This document shows, one piece after another, positions 60,381-64,000 of a stretch of 64,000 nucleotides of DNA (position 1 is its first letter; each line of letters opens with the position of its first letter). Position numbers and translations under genes: made by a program. Under the pieces are notes generated by a model that was not told the origin of the DNA, searched no databases, and saw nothing but the letters and a program-made list of their open reading frames with translations. This stretch comes from Eledone cirrhosa (Eukaryota), in NCBI GenBank assembly GCA_964016885.1, contig OZ024752.1, positions 24,180,001-24,244,000 of the forward strand. Reading direction: 5' to 3'.

Positions 60381-61661
60381 TTAGACATACATAGAAGTGG
60401 TTGATAGCTTTTGCAATTGAGGTGACTTAATTAGCAGTGGAGGAAGCTGCTCTGAAAGATGAATAGCTAAAATAAGGATAGGAAAAAGTTTAGAGAGCTA
60501 CTGCAACAGTTGACCACAAAAGGTTTCTCTCTTGGTACAAAAGGATAACTGTATAACACATGTGGGTGATGTGCAATGATGCATGGTAACGAAACAATGG
60601 CTGTGACTGCAGAGGATATGTAGACGGGAGAGGAATGAAGCAACCATGGTTTGTAGGATATGTTATGTAAGTGTAAGAGAAAGGTAGAGCTTGGACAAGT
60701 TCAAGAAGAAGCTGGGTTTAAGAGTGATCTGAAGTGGTGTGTAAGAGAGAAGACTGTTTATACGGTCATGGAATGCACATGGATAATGACCGCTGGGTGA
60801 TGAAGTGCCAGGAAATCCCAGTAGAAGGGAGCCATAGTAGAGGTAGACCAAGAAAGAGCTGGACAGAGGCTGTGTGAACTGACTTTAAATCACTGACTCT
60901 CACAGAGGAGATGACAAAGGAACATGAGTGGAAAGATGCCATGTTGAGAAGGACCTGTCCAACCCAAGGAAGCATGGAAAAACAGACTTAAAAACAGTGA
61001 TGATATTGATGGAGATGACGTACATATACACACATACATACACAAATAAATCAAATACAGATATGCACATACTTATATATAAACACATATACAAATATAT
61101 AAATGGACACAAATTTCTACACACATACATTCACATATATATAACGTATGTAAATTCTGAACAATACAGTTTTGTCAGCACAAGTCTTGGTTAGAACTTC
61201 TACAAATAAAATGAAAGGAGAAGAATTTCTTATTAAAACAGTTTTATTCAAAATATTAACAACATTGGTGGCACTATTTTAGGTGAGTGATATGGTTTTT
61301 ATCTTCTCCGATTGTGTTGCACTAAGTAATCTTTACAAGAGAATAATTTATCACAGACATCAGTGATATGGTTCCTCTCCTGTAGATGTTAGTGTCTAGT
61401 GAAGCTACAACATTTAGAGAAGGATTTACCAAATATATCAAAGTGATATGGCTTCCCACATGTATGTTTATGTTTGTGTGTAGTTATTGTAGCATTGAAA
61501 GAGAATGATTTCCCTCGGATGTCACAAAGATATGTATTTGCATTCTCATTAATTCACAAATTGGAGAGAATGATTTCTCACTGATATCAATGCGTTATGA
61601 TTTCTCTTCTACGTGTGTAAGTTTGTGAGTAGTTAGGCTACTTTTCAAAGAGAATGATTTA

Positions 61662-61883
<222 letters not shown>

Positions 61884-61913
61884 CTACTATCAGAGAATGA
61901 TTTCCCACAGATA

Positions 61914-63278
61914 TCAGTGATATGGTTTATCTCCTGTATGTATACGTTGGTGTCTAGTTAAGGTACTACTTTGAGAGAATGATTTACCACAGATGTCACA
62001 GTGATATGGCTTGTCGCCTGTATGTATACGTTGGTGTCTAGTTAAGGTACTACTTTGAGAGAATGATTTACCACAGATCTCACAATGAAATGGCTCATCT
62101 CCTGTATGTCTACGTTTGTGAGAAGTTAAAGTATAACTACGAGAAAATGATTCACCACAGATATCACAGTGATATGGTTTATCCCCTGTATGTATACGTT
62201 TGTGGGTAGTTAAGTTACAACTATTAGAGAATGATTTACCACAGATATCACAGTGGTATGGTTTGTCTCCAGTATGTATACGTTTGTGGGAAGTTAAGTG
62301 AGTACTATCAGAGAATGATTTCCCACAGATATCACAGTGATATGGCTTGTCTCCTGTATGTGTACGTTTGTGGCTAGTTATGTGACTACTTTGAGAGAAT
62401 GATTTACCACAGATATCACAGTGATATGGTTTGTCTCCTGTATGTGTACGTTTGTGGCTAGTCTTGTGACCACTTTCAGAGAATGATTTACCACAGATAT
62501 CACAGTGATATGGCTTGTCTCCTGTATGTATACGTTTGTGAGTAGTTAAGTTACTACTTATAAAAAATGATTTACCACAGATATCACAGTGGTATGGCTT
62601 GTCTCCTGTATGTATACGTTTGTGAGAAGTTAAGTGACTACTATCAGAGAATGATTTCCCACAGAAATCACAGTGGTATGGTTTGTCCCCTGTATGTATA
62701 CGTTTATGAGAAGTTAAGGTACTACTTTGAGAGAATGATTTACCACAGATATCACAGTGATATGGTTTGTCTCCTGTATGTATATGTATGTGTCTAGTTA
62801 AGGTACTACTTTGAGAGAATGTTTTACCACAGATCGCACAAAGATATGGCTTCTCTCCTGTATGTCTACTTTTGTGAGTAGTTAAGTTACTACTTTGAGA
62901 GAATGATTTATCACAGATATCACAGTGATATGGTTTGTCTCCTGTATGTATATGTTTGTGCTTAATTAAGCAACTACTTTCATAGAATGATTTACCACAG
63001 ATCTCACAATGATATGGCTCATCTCCTGTATGTATACGTTTGTGAGTAGTTATGGCACTACTTACAGAGAATGATTTACCACAGATATCATAGTGATATG
63101 TCCTCTCTCCTGTATGTATGCGTTTGTGGCTGGTTAAGGTACTACTTACAGAGAATGATTTATCACAGATATCACATTTATAGGGATTCTCTTCTCTAAC
63201 CTTTGTCATCTCACCAGGAATATTAAACACTTTAGATTGTGTTTCGCATTTAATCTTCTCATCCAATTTATTTTCCAT
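61914..63278 (-). CDS. Tandem C2H2 zinc-finger protein, paralog 2: 14 intact fingers plus 1 degenerate
   Basis: Same 28-aa repeats; probable ATG 63278 ([16 protein letters not shown]); terminated by a 2-nt deletion (YH*); decayed fingers continue to ~61280. Confidence 0.88.
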   Translation of the reverse strand: MENKLDEKIKCETQSKVFNIPGEMTKVREENPYKCDICDKSFSVSSTLTSHKRIHTGERTYHYDICGKSFSVSSAITTHKRIHTGDEPYHCEICGKSFYESSCLIKHKHIHTGDKPYHCDICDKSFSQSSNLTTHKSRHTGEKPYLCAICGKTFSQSSTLTRHIHIHTGDKPYHCDICGKSFSQSSTLTSHKRIHTGDKPYHCDFCGKSFSDSSHLTSHKRIHTGDKPYHCDICGKSFFISSNLTTHKRIHTGDKPYHCDICGKSFSESGHKTSHKRTHTGDKPYHCDICGKSFSQSSHITSHKRTHTGDKPYHCDICGKSFSDSTHLTSHKRIHTGDKPYHCDICGKSFSNSCNLTTHKRIHTGDKPYHCDICGESFSRSYTLTSHKRRHTGDEPFHCEICGKSFSQSSTLTRHQRIHTGDKPYHCDICGKSFSQSSTLTRHQRIHTGDKPYH

Positions 63279-64000
63279 AATGATTTTTTTCTTCAACAGA
63301 ATATAAAGATGTTTTTCTTGGAATATTTTTAATATTACATTCCATATTTCCCTCAACTGTGATTTGAGTTAATATCTGAAGATAATACAAACTTTTTCAT
63401 CCAAGTTTAGTAAAAATACAAAATCATCTCATAGTGAAGAAAATAAACTCAGTTTTGAGGAAATATTTCACAGTAATTGAACTATAGATTTATATAAACT
63501 GTGTTATATGAGTTCTGTATAAAACATTTTTGTCTTCAAATGATGGTAGATAGAGCTGATGTATCCAACATTGAAAATAATAATTTATCCGAATGTCATC
63601 TGTTATTCTGAAATGAAAAAGAAACAGTATGAGATAATAGAGAATACTTTAGAAGCAGAGATAGATTTAACAGTGGAAATTTTATATTTTTATATTGATA
63701 AACTGTAGATATCAACTTTCCTGTCCAGAGCAATTCTCCCCAATGTAAATTATATCTTTCTATCTCTTGGGAGGTCTGCTTCATGGCAGTTTAGCGAAAA
63801 ATTTATTTTTATAGGACTTTCTAACATAGCTAACATCTCTCCTGGTGACATGTCAACACTGGTTTAACATATACATATATATATACACAGACGGACGCTC
63901 AGCGACAATGCCAAAGATAAAGACAAATTCACCTCGTGGACGAGAATGCGAGCACTCCTCTTTATTTCGACCGCGGACGGCTAACATAACCCCATCTTCC

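Noticed and set aside
63890-64000. Possible LTR edge at the window end
   Set aside because: Too short to support a call.

Overview
Eukaryotic, AT-rich and almost entirely repeat-derived DNA. The tandem C2H2 zinc-finger genes, RTE LINEs, tRNA-derived SINEs and very long (TA)n arrays suggest an octopus/coleoid cephalopod genome (inference). The only host genes visible are two paralogous minus-strand C2H2 zinc-finger exons (20.4-22.7 kb, 61.9-63.3 kb) inside a duplicated block. The rest is RTE, Tx1/L1 and CR1-like LINE relics, an internally deleted Gypsy LTR element with a tRNA-Trp PBS, tandem Helitrons (one with a Rep fragment), MITEs, SINEs, minisatellites and a Penelope-like (PLE) GIY-YIG 3' end. 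The main unannotated signal is about 12 hand-folded type I hammerhead ribozyme (HHR) motifs, 9 with an intact core and 3 with core mutations. Several lie in non-coding elements with an A-B(HHR)-A partial-tandem layout next to (TA)n tracts, two of them with an inverted terminal copy. This points to a diverse retrozyme-like / non-autonomous PLE system that could make self-cleaved and circular RNAs. All folds were read by eye, activity is untested, and element boundaries are approximate unless termini are quoted.
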